From assembly GCF_006345805.1 (NCBI RefSeq), contig NC_042997.1, forward strand, positions 201,562,001-201,626,000: a stretch of DNA of 64,000 nucleotides. Direction: 5' to 3'. Of this stretch, positions 14,363-27,268 are shown in pieces; the stretch's first letter is position 1; each line of letters opens with the position of its first letter. The notes beneath the pieces were generated by a model. That model was not told the DNA's origin, did not search any database, and saw only the letters and a list, made by a program, of their open reading frames with translations. The translations under genes were made by a program, and so were the position numbers. The DNA is from Octopus sinensis. Taxonomy: Eukaryota.

Positions 14363-14842
14363 ATTGTATGTCTGTACATATATATATATATATATATATA
14401 TACAGATATATAAGGTTTGAATTCAGATAGCTAGGGCATCATATATTGGAAGGTGTTCTATGTGCTGCTCCAGTGCCTCTGCCAGTTCAATACCATTACA
14501 AATCAATACCTGATCTCACTAATATTTTGAAATACTGAAGGACAGAGAATTGAGGTAATCAACATCGGAGGCAGTTTGCAAAATCTTGGTTCTCCACCAT
14601 GAAGAGATCAGTCATAGAAGGTAGAATCTGAAGACAGAATGCAAAGAGCCAGAAGAGATAGCACAAGGTATCCTATCCAATGTTCTGATAATTCTGTTAA
14701 TCTTCTAAGCTGGATTATCCACCCCAAATAGACGAAAGACTAAGTTACTCTTGGCAGAGTTTGAGCTAAGAGAAATGGAATATCTACTGCAAGGAGTTCT
14801 ATCTGATGCTCCAACAGTTTGGTGTCATCACAACTCAGTATT

Positions 14843-15119
14843 TTAATCCTTTTGTTACTGTATTTATTTTGAGATGCTCTGTGTTTCTTTCAATTAATTT
14901 TAAATCATCATCATCATCGTTTAATGTCTGTTTTCCATGCTGGCATGGGTTATAACAAAGAATTTAGTAAAATAACTTAGTTGTCATTAAGCTAGCATTA
15001 GGAAACATAAATTGTGACTAAGGTTTGGTGGAAGATTTTAATTCAGAACTTATAAAAACAAGACATTTGTACTACAGAGCCAGAGGTGGTTTCAGCCGGG
15101 TTGGTAATGAAAGAGCTAA
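14843..15119. mobile_element. Old piggyBac-like MITE interrupted by a short RTE tail
   Basis: Degenerate TIRs TTAA-TCCTTTTGTTAC / GTAATGAAAGAG-CTAA resemble TTAA-CCCTTT ends. A (CAT)n RTE stub sits at ~14905-14950. Confidence 0.5.
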
Positions 15120-15419
15120 GCAATGCAATCACTGATATACATGAAAATAACTATTTCTAAACTGTTTCTAATCAACACAGTACAATAGACATACATAAGA
15201 CACAAAAGCATTTCAAGAGGAATACTTTAGCAAATTAATAAGACTTCTAATATTGTAAGAGTACATTCTTACCACAAAAGATGTCAACTGCTGTGTGAAG
15301 TATGGTGGTGGTGGTGGTGGAATGAGCGTCAGTAGGAGGATGAGGAAGAACAATATTTACTATCTAATAGTTCATCATCACCATCATCAGCTTAAGGAGT
15401 GAAGAACTTATCCAAAGTT

Positions 15420-15736
15420 CATTATGTAAATTATTTACATTTGATGGATATTTGTCCTCATCTTGTTTGTTGTTAACACATTTCGGCTGATATACCTACC
15501 AGCCTTCATCAGGTGTCTTGGGGAAATTTTGAACCTGGGTTCTCATTCTTAAGGTATTTTTCAATGTTAGGAATGAAAACCCAGGTTCAAAATTCCCCAA
15601 TTTCCCCAAACCTGATGAAGGCTGTTGAGAGTATATCAACCAAAACAATGTGTTAACAACAAACAAGTTGAGGACAAATAATCCGTCAGGTGTAAATAAT
15701 GTACATAATTCCTCATCTCTTAAATATAGAACTGTA
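15420..15736. mobile_element. Inverted pair of HHR-bearing pLTR-like segments with 12-bp TSD
   Basis: The minus arm carries CTGATGA-A-GGCTG/CAGCC-GAAA (15481-15512). The plus arm has CTGATGA at 15612 and an extra ~34-nt tail. TSD TTATCCAAAGTT at 15408-19 and 15737-48. Confidence 0.8.
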
Positions 15737-16602
15737 TTATCCAAAGTTGTTTGATGCTTATGATGCACCCTCTCTTTGTACAGCCTGCCTTGGAACTGAG
15801 CTCATTGTAAACTCCAAGATAAACATGGTCTTTCATCTTCTCAGGGTCAACAAAATATATTGCCAGTCAAGTACCAGGGTTGATCACATAGATTAACCCC
15901 CATCCCCTCTAATATTGTTGGCCCTGTCCCTTATTCAAAAACCATTATTATTCTAAAATTTTGACAGGAACAGAAGCAAACCAGACCAAGTGCTTAGTAG
16001 AATTTCATTGTCTCCTCTTTAGATTGTGAGTTCAAATCTTGCTGGGGTTGATGTTAGCCTTCATTTCCAGATGATTGTTAAAATATGTACTAGTAAAGTA
16101 CTGGGGTAATAACTTCCATTCCTTAAAAATAGCACAACCAAAAAACCAAAAACCAAAATAAAAATTATTGAAATTTTGAAATATTGTCATTAAAATAGAA
16201 ATCTAATGTTTTTGTTGTTTAGCCTAAGGTCAGCTCTTATTGGGAAGATCTATAATAAAAAATAAGCTAGACATTAGCATCTTGAATTTTTTTCTGCTTT
16301 CAGAAATAGTATCTAATCAGCCATTTCATTTAAGATGGTAGGATGTGATTTGGAGGAGGTTTTATTTAAGAATTGTACCAAAATATCCATCATGACCTGT
16401 TAAGCACTAATAACACTTCATTAATGTTAGACACAAAATATCGAACCAAATGGAAGACTATATTCTTGATCGGAATCAAAAAGAAAAAGATAAGCTAAAA
16501 ATACATATGCTTCAGACACCAATTCTGTTGTTATTTTATTATTGAAGTAAAAACCATAAAGAATTTGAGTCAAGCAAAATTAACAGAAACCTTCAGACAG
16601 TT

Positions 16603-17345
16603 ATATTGAGTCTACGTATGTTTAATATGTCAAAGAACCACAAAGAGAAGACGTCTTCAGTCACTGTGTTAAGGGACTATGAATAACAGGTGTAATACGA
16701 TTTACAGGTGTGCTATGATTTACAGGTACACAATGAGTTTTAGTTCTTGAGAAAATAATATACGGATGTATCATGGTTTATATGTGTACAGACAGTAATA
16801 TACTGAGTCTACGTATGTTTAGTATGTCAAAGAACCACATAGAGAAGACGTCTTCAGTCACTGTGTTAAGGCACTATGATTAACAGGTGTAATATGATTT
16901 ACAGGTGTGCTATGATTTACAGATACATAATGAGTTTTAGTTTTTGAGATAATAATTTACGGTTGTATCATGGTTTATATGTGTAATATACTGAGTCTAC
17001 GTATGTTTAGTATGTCAAAGAACCTCAGAGAGAAGACGTCTTCAGTCACTGTGTTATGGCACTATGATTAACAGGTGTAATATGATTTACAGGTACATAA
17101 TGAGTTTTAGTTTTTGAGATAATAATTTACGGTTGTATCATGGTTTATATGTGTAATATACTGAGTCTACGTATGTTTAGTATGTCAAAGAACCTCAGAG
17201 AGAAGACGTCTTCAGTCACTGTGTTATGGCACTATGATTAACAGGTGTAATATGATTTACAGGTGTGCTATGATTTACAGATACATAATGAGTTTTAGTT
17301 TTTGAGATAATAATTTACGGTTGTATCATGGCTTATATGTGTAAC
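16603..17345. repeat. Satellite: four units of about 197, 188, 170 and 185 bp built around 18-bp subrepeats
   Basis: (c/t)tgagtctacgtatg recurs at 16606, 16803, 16991 and 17161. The subrepeat is (c/t)atgatttacaggtgt. Confidence 0.95.
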
Positions 17346-17886
17346 ATGAATTCTCGGTGCAGAGGTTTACAGCTGTATCATGAGAATTTGAGGCAATAGT
17401 TTACAGGTGTACATACCTTGGCTTACAGGTGTATAATGAATTTCTGTAGCAATTATTAACAGGTGTACCTGCAACTCAAGTTTCTGATGCAGTTATTTAC
17501 AGGTGACCAAGGATATTAAGGTAATGATTTACAGGTGTAGTTCTAAAACAATTTCTGAGGGAAGTTAAAACATTAGGATGTATTTAGGAAAGTTAAGCAT
17601 TTTTAATACACCTCACTCAGACATATTGACTCCTTTGTGACAAACTGCAGATTATACATTCAAATCCATTTTAAAACAAGTTTAATACTCATGTCTATGC
17701 AATAACTCTTTTAAAATGGTCAGTCCCACTGCATGGCACCTTGGACAAGTGTCTTCTATAGCCTCATGCCAACCAAAGCCTTGTAAGTGGATTTGATAGA
17801 CGAAAACAGAAAGAATTTCGTCGTATATATATATACATATGTGCCAGCATGGCAAACAGACATTTAGTGATGATGATAACATATTG

Positions 17887-17955
<69 letters not shown>

Positions 17956-18069
17956 TTATATATATATTATAATTTTAATCCAAACGGGAAAACAAAAACA
18001 AAAAAACAACAACGTGGAACAATTACAGTATTATTATTAATAGGCGCTCAGAAATATGGAAGCAGGAAG

Positions 18070-18104
18070 GTATGACGTTTCGAGCGGAGCTCTTCGTCGG
18101 AAAC
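18070..18104 (-). ncRNA. Degenerate minimal hammerhead (U4C), same family as 47953
   Basis: Minus strand reads GTTT CCGACGA A GAGC-TCC-GCTC GAAA CG T C ATAC. Stem III is the palindrome ACGT with a GUC site. U4 is mutated and stem I has one mismatch. Confidence 0.55.
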
Positions 18105-19497
18105 ATAAAGAAGGAAGAGAGAGGAAAGAAAGATCCCAAAGTGGGCAACAAGAGATGGAGAAAAAAAACGACTGGTGTTTACGAAGTACACATGGTGAAA
18201 GGCGGAAGTTTACGATAACAAGAGCAAAGTAGGTTTTTAAAGCCAAAAGAGTGGAGACAGGGTTGGTAACGCAACAGATGTGTGTGTATGTGTGAGTGTG
18301 TGTGTGTGCGTGTGTGTGTATGTGTGTGTGAGGCGAGATAAAAAAAAAAAAATATGTATATGTAGGTATGCGGTCTGTGTGTAGGTCGTGTGAGGTAGGG
18401 CGAACAGTAGTCAGACAGTGGTCAGTAGTAAGAAAATGAAGGAAGGAGGAAGGGAGGGGGGGAAGGGGTGGGGGCGTATGTAAGTGCCAGCGTGTGTTGA
18501 GTAGTAGTAGTGTGTGTGTGTGTCCAGTGTCGTGGTTGTATTAATGGCGAGTAGATTTGAAGGGTGTGTAAGAGTAATGTATATATTTAAGCAATGTGTG
18601 TGTGTGTGAGGGGTGTATGTATGTGTGCGCGTGTGTGTAACAAAAAAAGGGGGGGTTATAAGGAAAAAGGACTCCAGCTGAGGGGAAGATGGAAGAGTGG
18701 TCCCGCGGAGGCGGGCGTGGGAGAACCCAAGGGCAAGCGACGGCCCCAGGAACGAGCGGGAGGTCCAGCCGGGTCCACGAGTGAGGTGCATGCATGCGCG
18801 TATGCGTACGTGAACCGGCGCAAGCGCGCGTCTGCGCGCGCCTGCGAGTGTGAGCGTAAGTATGTATGTGTGTGGATGTGTGAGTGTGTCTGTGTGTATG
18901 TCTGGGTGTCAGTGTGTCCAATGAATGTAGGTGAGTATGTGTGTATATATGTGTGTGCATAGATGTATGTCCGTGTGTGTGTGTGTGTGTATGTGTATGA
19001 GTGTGTATGTATGTACGTGTGGGTGTGTGGAAGTGTGTGTATGTGCATGTGTGTGCGCGTGCAACCATGTAGCTGCTTCCCAATCACGTGGTTCCAGGTT
19101 CAATCCTAGTGTGTGAGACTTTGGCCAAGTGTCTTCTACTATAGTCTTGGGCTGAACAAAGTCTTGTGAGTAGATTTGGTAGATGGAAACTGAAAGATTC
19201 CCATCATGTGAGTGTGTGTGTGTGTTTGTCAAGTAGTGGGGTTAATTAGCTTGACTAAAACCCTACAAGGTAGTGCTCCAGCCTGGCTACAGTCTAATGA
19301 CTGAGGCAAATAACACAAAAGATACATGGATATACACACACACCACACACACATTATGTAGGTGAGGGCAAAATCTAAGCTGTGTTCTCTCGAAGCACAT
19401 CAGCTTGTTGTAGTATTCCAAGTCCATATGCAGAATACATATTCGTGTGGTATACACAAGAATTGAAAATTCAGGTAAATATCTTTTGCCGAGTAAT

Positions 19498-19776
19498 TAT
19501 ACATGAAAAAGGAGATTGGAAAAATGTTGGTATTATTTATTCATAATTACACACGTTCCATTTACAAATAAGAATTACAGAATTGTACATGTAGGAGAAA
19601 CATGTATTATCATCAAATAATGTATTATTTAATTCTACATGTGAAGAATTTCTAATAGAATATATCTTAGATATTTCTCCTATATGTATAATTTTGAAAT
19701 TCATATTAGCAAATGAAAACCTGTGTTATGGTGAATAAACAATATCAAAAATACTTTCCAATCTCCTGTTCTTATA
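19498..19776. mobile_element. Old foldback/MITE with ~110-bp imperfect inverted arms
   Basis: aggagattggaaaa...aggagaaacat (left) matches the reverse complement of the right end. TA-rich termini. Confidence 0.55.
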
Positions 19777-19832
19777 TATGTATATATATATATATGTGTG
19801 TATGTATATATATATGTATGTATGTATGTTGT

Positions 19833-20134
19833 GGACGCACATGGCCTAGTGGTTAGAGCAGCAGACTCGCAGTTGAGGGATCGCAGGTTCGAATCTCAGA
19901 CCGGGTGATGTGTGTGTTTATGAGTGAAATGCCTAAGCACCATGCAGCTCTGGCAGAAGGTAATGGCGAACTTCTGCTGACTCTTTCACCACAACTTTCT
20001 CTCACTCTTTCCTCCTGCATCTTGCAGCTCACTTGTGATGGACCGGCGTCCCATCCAGGTGGGGAACCAAAACGCCAAGGAAACCAGGAAACTGGCCCTT
20101 ATGAGCCAGGCATGGCTCAAGAAGGAATAAACAA
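19833..20134 (+). mobile_element. tRNA-derived SINE with an intact-looking Pol III internal promoter
   Basis: A box TGGCCTAGTGG (19842-52), B box GGTTCGAATCT (19886-96), then a non-tRNA body. Confidence 0.75.
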
Positions 20135-22060
20135 TGTATGTAACTATGTATGTGTATATATATATATATTTCTTTTTTCTGTAGTTTCAGCTCAGAGCTG
20201 TGGCTGGCCATGCTGATACGCTAATTCTATGGTAAGAAGTTTACTTCCCAACTACATGGCTCAGGGTTCAGTCTTACTACGTGGCACCTTGGGCCATGCA
20301 GTAGGACTATACTATAGCCTCAGGTTGACCAAAGCCTTGTGAGTTGATTTGGTAGATGGAAACTAAAAGAAGCCCATTGTATGTATATATATATATATAT
20401 ATAATATATGTATATATGGATGTATGTATATATTTGTGTGTCTGTGTTTGTTCCCCACCACTATCACTTGCCAATAGAAGGTTGCTGTGTTTACATCCCC
20501 CTAATTTAGCGGTTTACCAAAAGAGTCCGTACGAGGCTTGCAAAGAATAAGTTGTGGAGATTGATTTGTTTGCAGCAAATGAAGTGCAAAAGCAAGGCAG
20601 ACTGAGGAAAAGGTAGAGGGGACAGATGGAGGAGGAGATTGGGGGGGGGGACCCCCAAAACCAGGCGAGATGATGTGATTGGGTGATGGCAGTTGGTGTA
20701 GCATTGAGGTAGGTCCAGCCATCCCATTAATGAAGACAAAACCTGGATTTAAAACACTGGATCATGATGATGATGATGATATACTTAACATAAAAGTGTA
20801 AAGAGTAAGGACCCCTTTTGGTCATCAATGACCATGGGATTGCCCCTAGAAAGTTCCCCTCTGAGGCACAAGTCCAGGCAAGGTTGTTTATGGTAGATCA
20901 GCAGTTGCCTATGCATACCTATTTATATTTCTTTACTACCCACAAGGGGCTAAACACAGAGAGGACAAACAAGGACAGACAAACGGATTAAGTTGATTAT
21001 ATCGACCGCAGTGCGTAACTGGTACTTATTTAATCAACCCCAAAAAGATGAAAGGCAAAGTCAACCTCGCCAGAATTTGAACTCAGAACATAACGACAGA
21101 TGAAATACAGCTATGCATTTTACCCGGTTTGCTAACGATTCTGCCAGCTCGCCGTCCCCTCTCCCCACCACCGATGTTGTCCAAGGTAAAAGTAAAGGCC
21201 AATACAGCTTGGCACCAGTGACATCACAGCTCATTTCTACTGCTGAGTGAACTGATGTAACATGAAATAAAGTGTCTTGCTCAAGAACACAACACACAGC
21301 CGGGTCCAGGAATCAAACTCACTACCCCATGATTGTGACCCCCCAATGCTCTAACCACTGAGCCATGTACTACTTCATATATTTGCTGGTGATGCTTCTA
21401 TTTCATATTTAAAATTATTTTTATTTTTACCTTGTCCAGGCACACCTGCATGTTATACGCATATATGTCATGGGCTGGCAAAATGATTCCTCTCCAATCC
21501 TGTTCAGGTACGTGATGTTGATAAGCCACAAAAATGACAAAATATCAATGTCTATCACTCCTGGATGGGATTCAAGGTGAGTTATCTCACCTGTCCATGG
21601 CTTTCGGGTGTTTTAACATCCAGCACTTTGAGAGAGCATTCTCCACCATCCCAAATTGCAACCTACCAGCAAATACACAATGCATATATATTAAGTACAT
21701 GTGTTTGTCAATGATTATATATACGGTGGCACATAAAAAGCACCGTCCAAACGTGGTCAATGCCAGTGCCCCCAGACTGGCTCCTGTGCCAGTGGCACGT
21801 AAAAAGCACTATCCAAACGTGATCGATTCCAGGCCCTCCTGACTGGCACCTGTGGTGGTGATACATAAAAAGCACCGACTACACTCTAGGAGTGGTTGGC
21901 ATTAGGAAGGGCATTCACTTGTAGAAACATTGCCAGATCAGATTGGAGCCAGGTGCGGCTGCTGGCTTTCCAAACCCCAGTCAAACCGTCCAACCCATGC
22001 CAGCATGGAAAACGGATGTTAAACAATGATGATGAGGAGGAGGCAGATGATATATGTACT

Positions 22061-22098
<38 letters not shown>

Positions 22099-22315
22099 TG
22101 AAGAGCATCCAGCTGTAGAAACATTGCCAGATAAGACTGGAGCCTGGTGCAGCCTTCTGGCTTCCCAGATCCCCGGAGATCCATGGAGAACGGACGTTAA
22201 ATGATGATGATGATACATATATTATTTATATATATACATATATATATATGTGTATATATATATACATATATAATTTATATATATAAGTATATATATATAT
22301 ATATTTGTGTATATA

Positions 22316-22353
<38 letters not shown>

Positions 22354-23363
22354 TAAATGAAAAATGGAAGATGATGGAATACATGAGAATTTCTTATTAA
22401 TCACAACACTCATTTCGACACATCTAGCATCGATCCCTCACAGGTGGGACACTTAACAACTCACTCAGCAGCATCCAATGGATCGAATGTGTCTCATTAG
22501 ATGATAAATTGTCATAACTCATTAAAGTAACAGTTCTGCAAATCGTTTTCTCATTTCATAGAGAGAAAAGCTGCAAAACAAAGGAAATGTCTTCATTTAC
22601 ACAGAAGATCAAAAATGAAATCACAGATGCAAAGTAAGAAACGAGCACTCAATACAGCAAGAAGAGTATACTCAGAATTCTGTGAAAGCACAAAGTTTTC
22701 AAACGATTTTTACAGAAGCATACCAATGCTGCACATTGAAACTCTTTTGTTTGTTCTGGTGATTAGAAAAGAAAGAGTTAAATAAAAACGTTGATAGCAA
22801 TCAAAACAGTTCATCTTACACCTGGTTTCAAGGCAGTATTTCAAATAAATTAAGAATTAAAGCAGAACTAATCTCAGCGATTCAATCTAGCTGAAAACAA
22901 CTTCAAATTAAAGAAAATTCATGATTAAAATTTTCAACTGCTATGAAACATAATTTGCAATTTATGAACAAAAATAGGAATTTGCTAAGTAGGTAAGATG
23001 AGTGAGAGGTATAGTTAACTCTATAAGAGTAGGTATGGATGTGTGGGTAAGATGCTTGCTTTGCAATGATGAGGTTTTGGGTTCAGTCCCATCATGCCGC
23101 ACCTTGAGAAAATGTCTTCAAGTGTAGCTCCCAGCTGGTTAATGCCTTCTGGGTGAATTTGGCTGATGGCATCTTTGGATTTTTCATACTTTGGGAATTG
23201 ATATAGTTTATATACATATACTACTGGGACCCCCCCCCCCAGCCTTCAGTCCAGTCTGTATGGTGCTCAAATTAATTCATAAGGCACATACTGGCATCTA
23301 TCGTAACACCCATTTTTCTTACAATAAAAGTTGTTAAAAAGTATTTCAATATTGCATAACACA

Positions 23364-23738
23364 GGCGCAGGAGTAGCTGTGTGGTAAGTAGCTTGCTTAC
23401 CAACCACATGGTTCCGGGTTCAGTTCCACTGCATGACACCTTGGGCAACTGTCTTCTACTATAGCTTCAGACTGACTAATGCATTGTGAGTGGATTTTGT
23501 AGATGGAAACTGAAAGAAGCCCATCATGAGTGTGCACGTGTGTATGTTTCTGTGTCACCCTACCATCGCTGGATGACTGATGCTGGTGCATTTACATCTC
23601 CATAACTTAGTGGTTTGGCAAAAGAGACCAATAGAATAAGTACAAGACTTACAAAGAATAAGTCCTGGAGTTGATTTGTTTGACTAAAATTGGTACTCCA
23701 GCATGGCTGCAGTCAAATGACTGAAACAAATAAAAGAA
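23364..23738 (+). mobile_element. SINE family A, full length
   Basis: Matches the family consensus from ggcgcaggag to the tail. Confidence 0.85.
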
Positions 23739-23843
23739 CTTAATTTTAAACATTTATTTAGAATATCTAAATTGTGCTTCCAATATATATATGTATGTAT
23801 ACATACATGCATATATATATTATATATATATATATATGTGTGT

Positions 23844-23879
<36 letters not shown>

Positions 23880-24765
23880 AGGTTGCAAAGAAACACATGA
23901 GTTGATATATATGGAAAAAAAGTCAAGATAGAAAATGCTAAAATAATTTTATAAAAGACATTTCAGTACTGGTTTCAGTCATTGAGACTTTTTCAACTGT
24001 AAGTATGGAAAACAATTAAATTTTGGAAAAATTAAAAGAAAAGTTTTTTAAATGAATATTTGCATAGTGTTCAAATACAAGAGGTATTTTCCTTGTTTCT
24101 GCCTGTCTCTGACTCTCTTGTTTACTCTTGTAAGAGTAAACCCTTTCAGTGTAATAGCAACTCGATAGAATGAAGCCCTTTGTAACTGCAGACACAGAAA
24201 ATGTCCATTACATAAAAAATACCACATCCCCAATAACAGAATAATAAGGGAAAATTATTTGTTTCAGTACCCTTTTCAACATAAAGTCCCCAAGCAAAGA
24301 ACCAGTTTATTCTTCATAATACTTCAAAAACACTCTCCCCCCAGCATCAGTACCACAAACTAATAATACATTTTGGACACATAAGAGGTGCAGCAATATG
24401 CATATATATGCAGGTGGCACGTAAAAAGCACCCACTACACTCACGGCGTGGTTGGCATTAGGAAGGGCATCCAGCTGTAGAAATATTGCCAGATCAGACT
24501 GGAGCCTGGTGCAGCCTTCTGGCTTCCCAGATCCCCGGTCGAACCGTCCAACCCATGCTAGCATGGAGAACGGACGTTAAACGATGATGATGATGATGAT
24601 GATGATGATGCATAAACGTGGCTGTGTGGTAAGAAGCTTACTTCCCACCCACATGGTTCTGGGTTCAGTTCCACTGTGTGGCACCTTGGCAAGTGTCTTC
24701 TACTATAGCCTCAGTCTTTATGAGTGCATTTGGTAGATGGAAACTGAAAGAAGCCTTAGCTGAGT

Positions 24766-25083
24766 CACTATCGGAACTACAGGAGAAGATTCAGGTGTGG
24801 AAGCAAGGTCTATAATCGAAGGGCCTTAGAATCAATCTAGCAAAAACCAGAGTTTTAATAAGTAGGAAGGCAGACAAACCACAAATCCTTTCATGTAGAT
24901 GGCCCTGGTCGATCTGTAGAAAAGGTGTAGATAGAAACTCCATAAGTTGTACCCAGTGTAAGCTATGGACACATAAGAGGTGCAGCAATATCGAAGGAAG
25001 GCTAACTGGGAAGATGGTTTTTGTGTGTGGCAAATGCTCAGGATCAATAAACATTGAAAATGTGCAGAAAACAGCTTCCCTAA
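24766..25083 (+). pseudogene. RTE ORF2 fragment: end of the RT domain plus an embedded PHD-like Cys/His finger
   Basis: Translation SELQEKIQVWKQGL*SKGLRINLAKTRVL...WPWSICRKGVDRNSISCTQCKLWTHKRCS...FVCGKC, with one stop. Confidence 0.7.
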
Positions 25084-25606
25084 CATGTCTTTGCCAGTAT
25101 ATACGCAGTGAAGCCTTACTATAGCGTTGTAAATGTATCGACTGCTATTTCAAGTAACTACTGGTGCCTTGTTGTACCATTACTCTATATTTATACTTCT
25201 ACCTTTACGGTGCTTTATTTTACTGGAAAGTAGTACATTTGTATTGCAATATTTTATTTTTCATTGAAAACTTTTTCACTGTTCTCGTTAACAGCTAAGC
25301 ATTCAGGTGAGTATACAGGCATCGATGCGGCCACATTTGAAATATTGTCCAGGTAAATCCGGCTGATGAAGATTAATCAACTTTACGTTGACAAACGTAT
25401 ATGAAGAGTCAGAAACCTAGGTACTGGATTATCCAATTCCAGGTTGTCCATTTATCTAATGTTCTTCCTAGAGGTAAGACAAAATTTTTCATGTTTGCTG
25501 CAATCACATCATGTCTTTGCCAGTATATACGAAGTGAAGCTTTACTATAGCATTGTAAATGTATTGACTGCTATTTCCAGTAAATATTGTTGCCTTGTTA
25601 TACCAC

Positions 25607-25610
<4 letters not shown>
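25084..25610 (+). mobile_element. Non-autonomous HHR element: 426-bp unit plus 101-bp diverged direct repeat, ending at (TA)n
   Basis: 25084-25184 matches 25510-25610 (offset 426). It contains the HHR at 25356-25430 and abuts (TA)n at its 3' end. Confidence 0.6.
25356..25430 (+). ncRNA. Type I hammerhead ribozyme motif
   Basis: Stem I AATCCGG/CTGGATT. CTGATGA at 25363-69. Stem II GATT/AGTC flanked by A.A. GAAA at 25412-15. Perfect palindromic stem III ACCTAGGT. GUA cleavage predicted after 25423. Confidence 0.75.
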
Positions 25611-25685
<75 letters not shown>

Positions 25686-25899
25686 CGACGTCACAGGTGC
25701 CAAGCTGTATAGCCTTTCCCTTGGATAACATCAGTGGTGTGGAGAGGGAAGGCTGGTATGCATGGGTGACTGCTGGTCTTCCATAAACAACCTAGCCCGG
25801 ACTCGTGCCCAGGAGGGTAACTTTCTAGGTGCAATCCCATGGTCTGTGTTGTGACTGAAGGGGGTCTCAGATATATATACAAGCTTCTTTCAGTTTCCA

Positions 25900-26165
25900 T
25901 CTACCAAATCCACTCACAAAGCTTTGGTCAGCCCAAGGCTATAGTAGAAGACACTTGCCTAAAGTGCCACGCAGGAAAACTGAGCCCGGAACCATCTTGA
26001 CTTGTAATCTAATTTACCAATCCCAGGAGTTTCTATCTACCAAATCCACTTACAAGGCTTTGGTCAGGCCAAGGCTATAGTAGAAGGCACTTGCCCAAGG
26101 TGCCACGCAGGGGAACTGAACCCAGAGCCATCTTGACTTGTAATCTAATTTACCAATCCCAGGAG
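25900..26165. repeat. ~136-bp tandem duplication of a SINE A / SINE C junction
   Basis: tctaccaaatccac...ccatcttgacttgtaatctaatttaccaatcccaggag occurs twice. Confidence 0.8.
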
Positions 26166-26541
26166 GATGAAAGGCAAAGTTCATCTTGGCAGGATTTGAA
26201 CTGAGAGCTTTAAGAGCTGGAAGAAACACCACTAGGCAGTGTGTTTGGTGCTCCACCTCTTCTGCCAGCTGTTAAACCACATTAGGCAGTGTCACCACAA
26301 AGACTATAACTCATTGATGGTTTATTTATTGATATATTATATTGTAACTATTTGCTTTGTAATGTTTGATCAGATGAAATTTCGTACTAAACGGTAGCAA
26401 GTAAGATGGAAGTTAATAGGAATTCAATAAGTCACCTCTTTGAGGTTGGTTATTGAATCTTGAAGATGTATTCTCTGTGATAGTAATTCTTTATATTTAT
26501 TGGTTGGTCAATTAGTCAATATCAGAACATTAAATTCAGTA

Positions 26542-26596
<55 letters not shown>

Positions 26597-26631
26597 CACA
26601 TTGTGTATGTATACTATATATATAGAGAGAG

Positions 26632-26675
<44 letters not shown>

Positions 26676-26750
26676 TGATAGATAGAACTATAAATATATT
26701 TATGTGTGTGTGTGTGTGTATATATGTATATGTGTATGAGTATATATATC

Positions 26751-26791
<41 letters not shown>

Positions 26792-27268
26792 GCGTGTGTG
26801 TGTGTGTGTGTGTATATACATATATATATATATATATATATAAGCATTCTTTTATTCTTGTGTGAATGTATGTGTATAATATATACATATATATTTATAT
26901 ATACATTTCAGTGCTATTATGTTAAACCGTTGTATGTCCAAAGTTGGCCAAATGCGTTTTTTTTTTTCCAGTATTTATTTTTGCTTGCAATAGCCAGTTC
27001 CTTTGGTCAAACTATCTTATCTCCAGCTTCTTCAGATGCCAAGATATCAAAAATTATCAAAGTGTAGTACAATGGTTTTGCAATGGAACGGTGAAACTAT
27101 TTCTTTACTTTCTGAACAATCAACATTTTGGACTTACAACACTTTTGCATAATAGCAACAGCAACCTTCTCACTTACCAGCTCTGGTCAAACTGTTCAAC
27201 CCATGCCAGCATGGACAACGAAGGTTAAATGAGGAAAAAGAGAAAAAAAAAATATATATATATATATT

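Noticed and set aside
16603-17345. Satellite as a CRISPR array, HHR retrozyme or coding repeat
   Set aside because: There are no unique spacers. The minus-strand CTGAAGA has no GAAA/stem III. Unit lengths are not multiples of 3 and contain stops.
19833-19905. tRNA gene
   Set aside because: The A and B boxes are present, but the acceptor stem is incomplete and it runs into a SINE body.
22869-22890. TAATCTCAGC resembling the start of miR-216
   Set aside because: Only 10 nt match and there is no precursor hairpin.
24374-24991. 26-bp direct repeat as a target-site duplication
   Set aside because: The repeat is part of the RTE ORF2 PHD-like region, so two RTE fragments explain it better.
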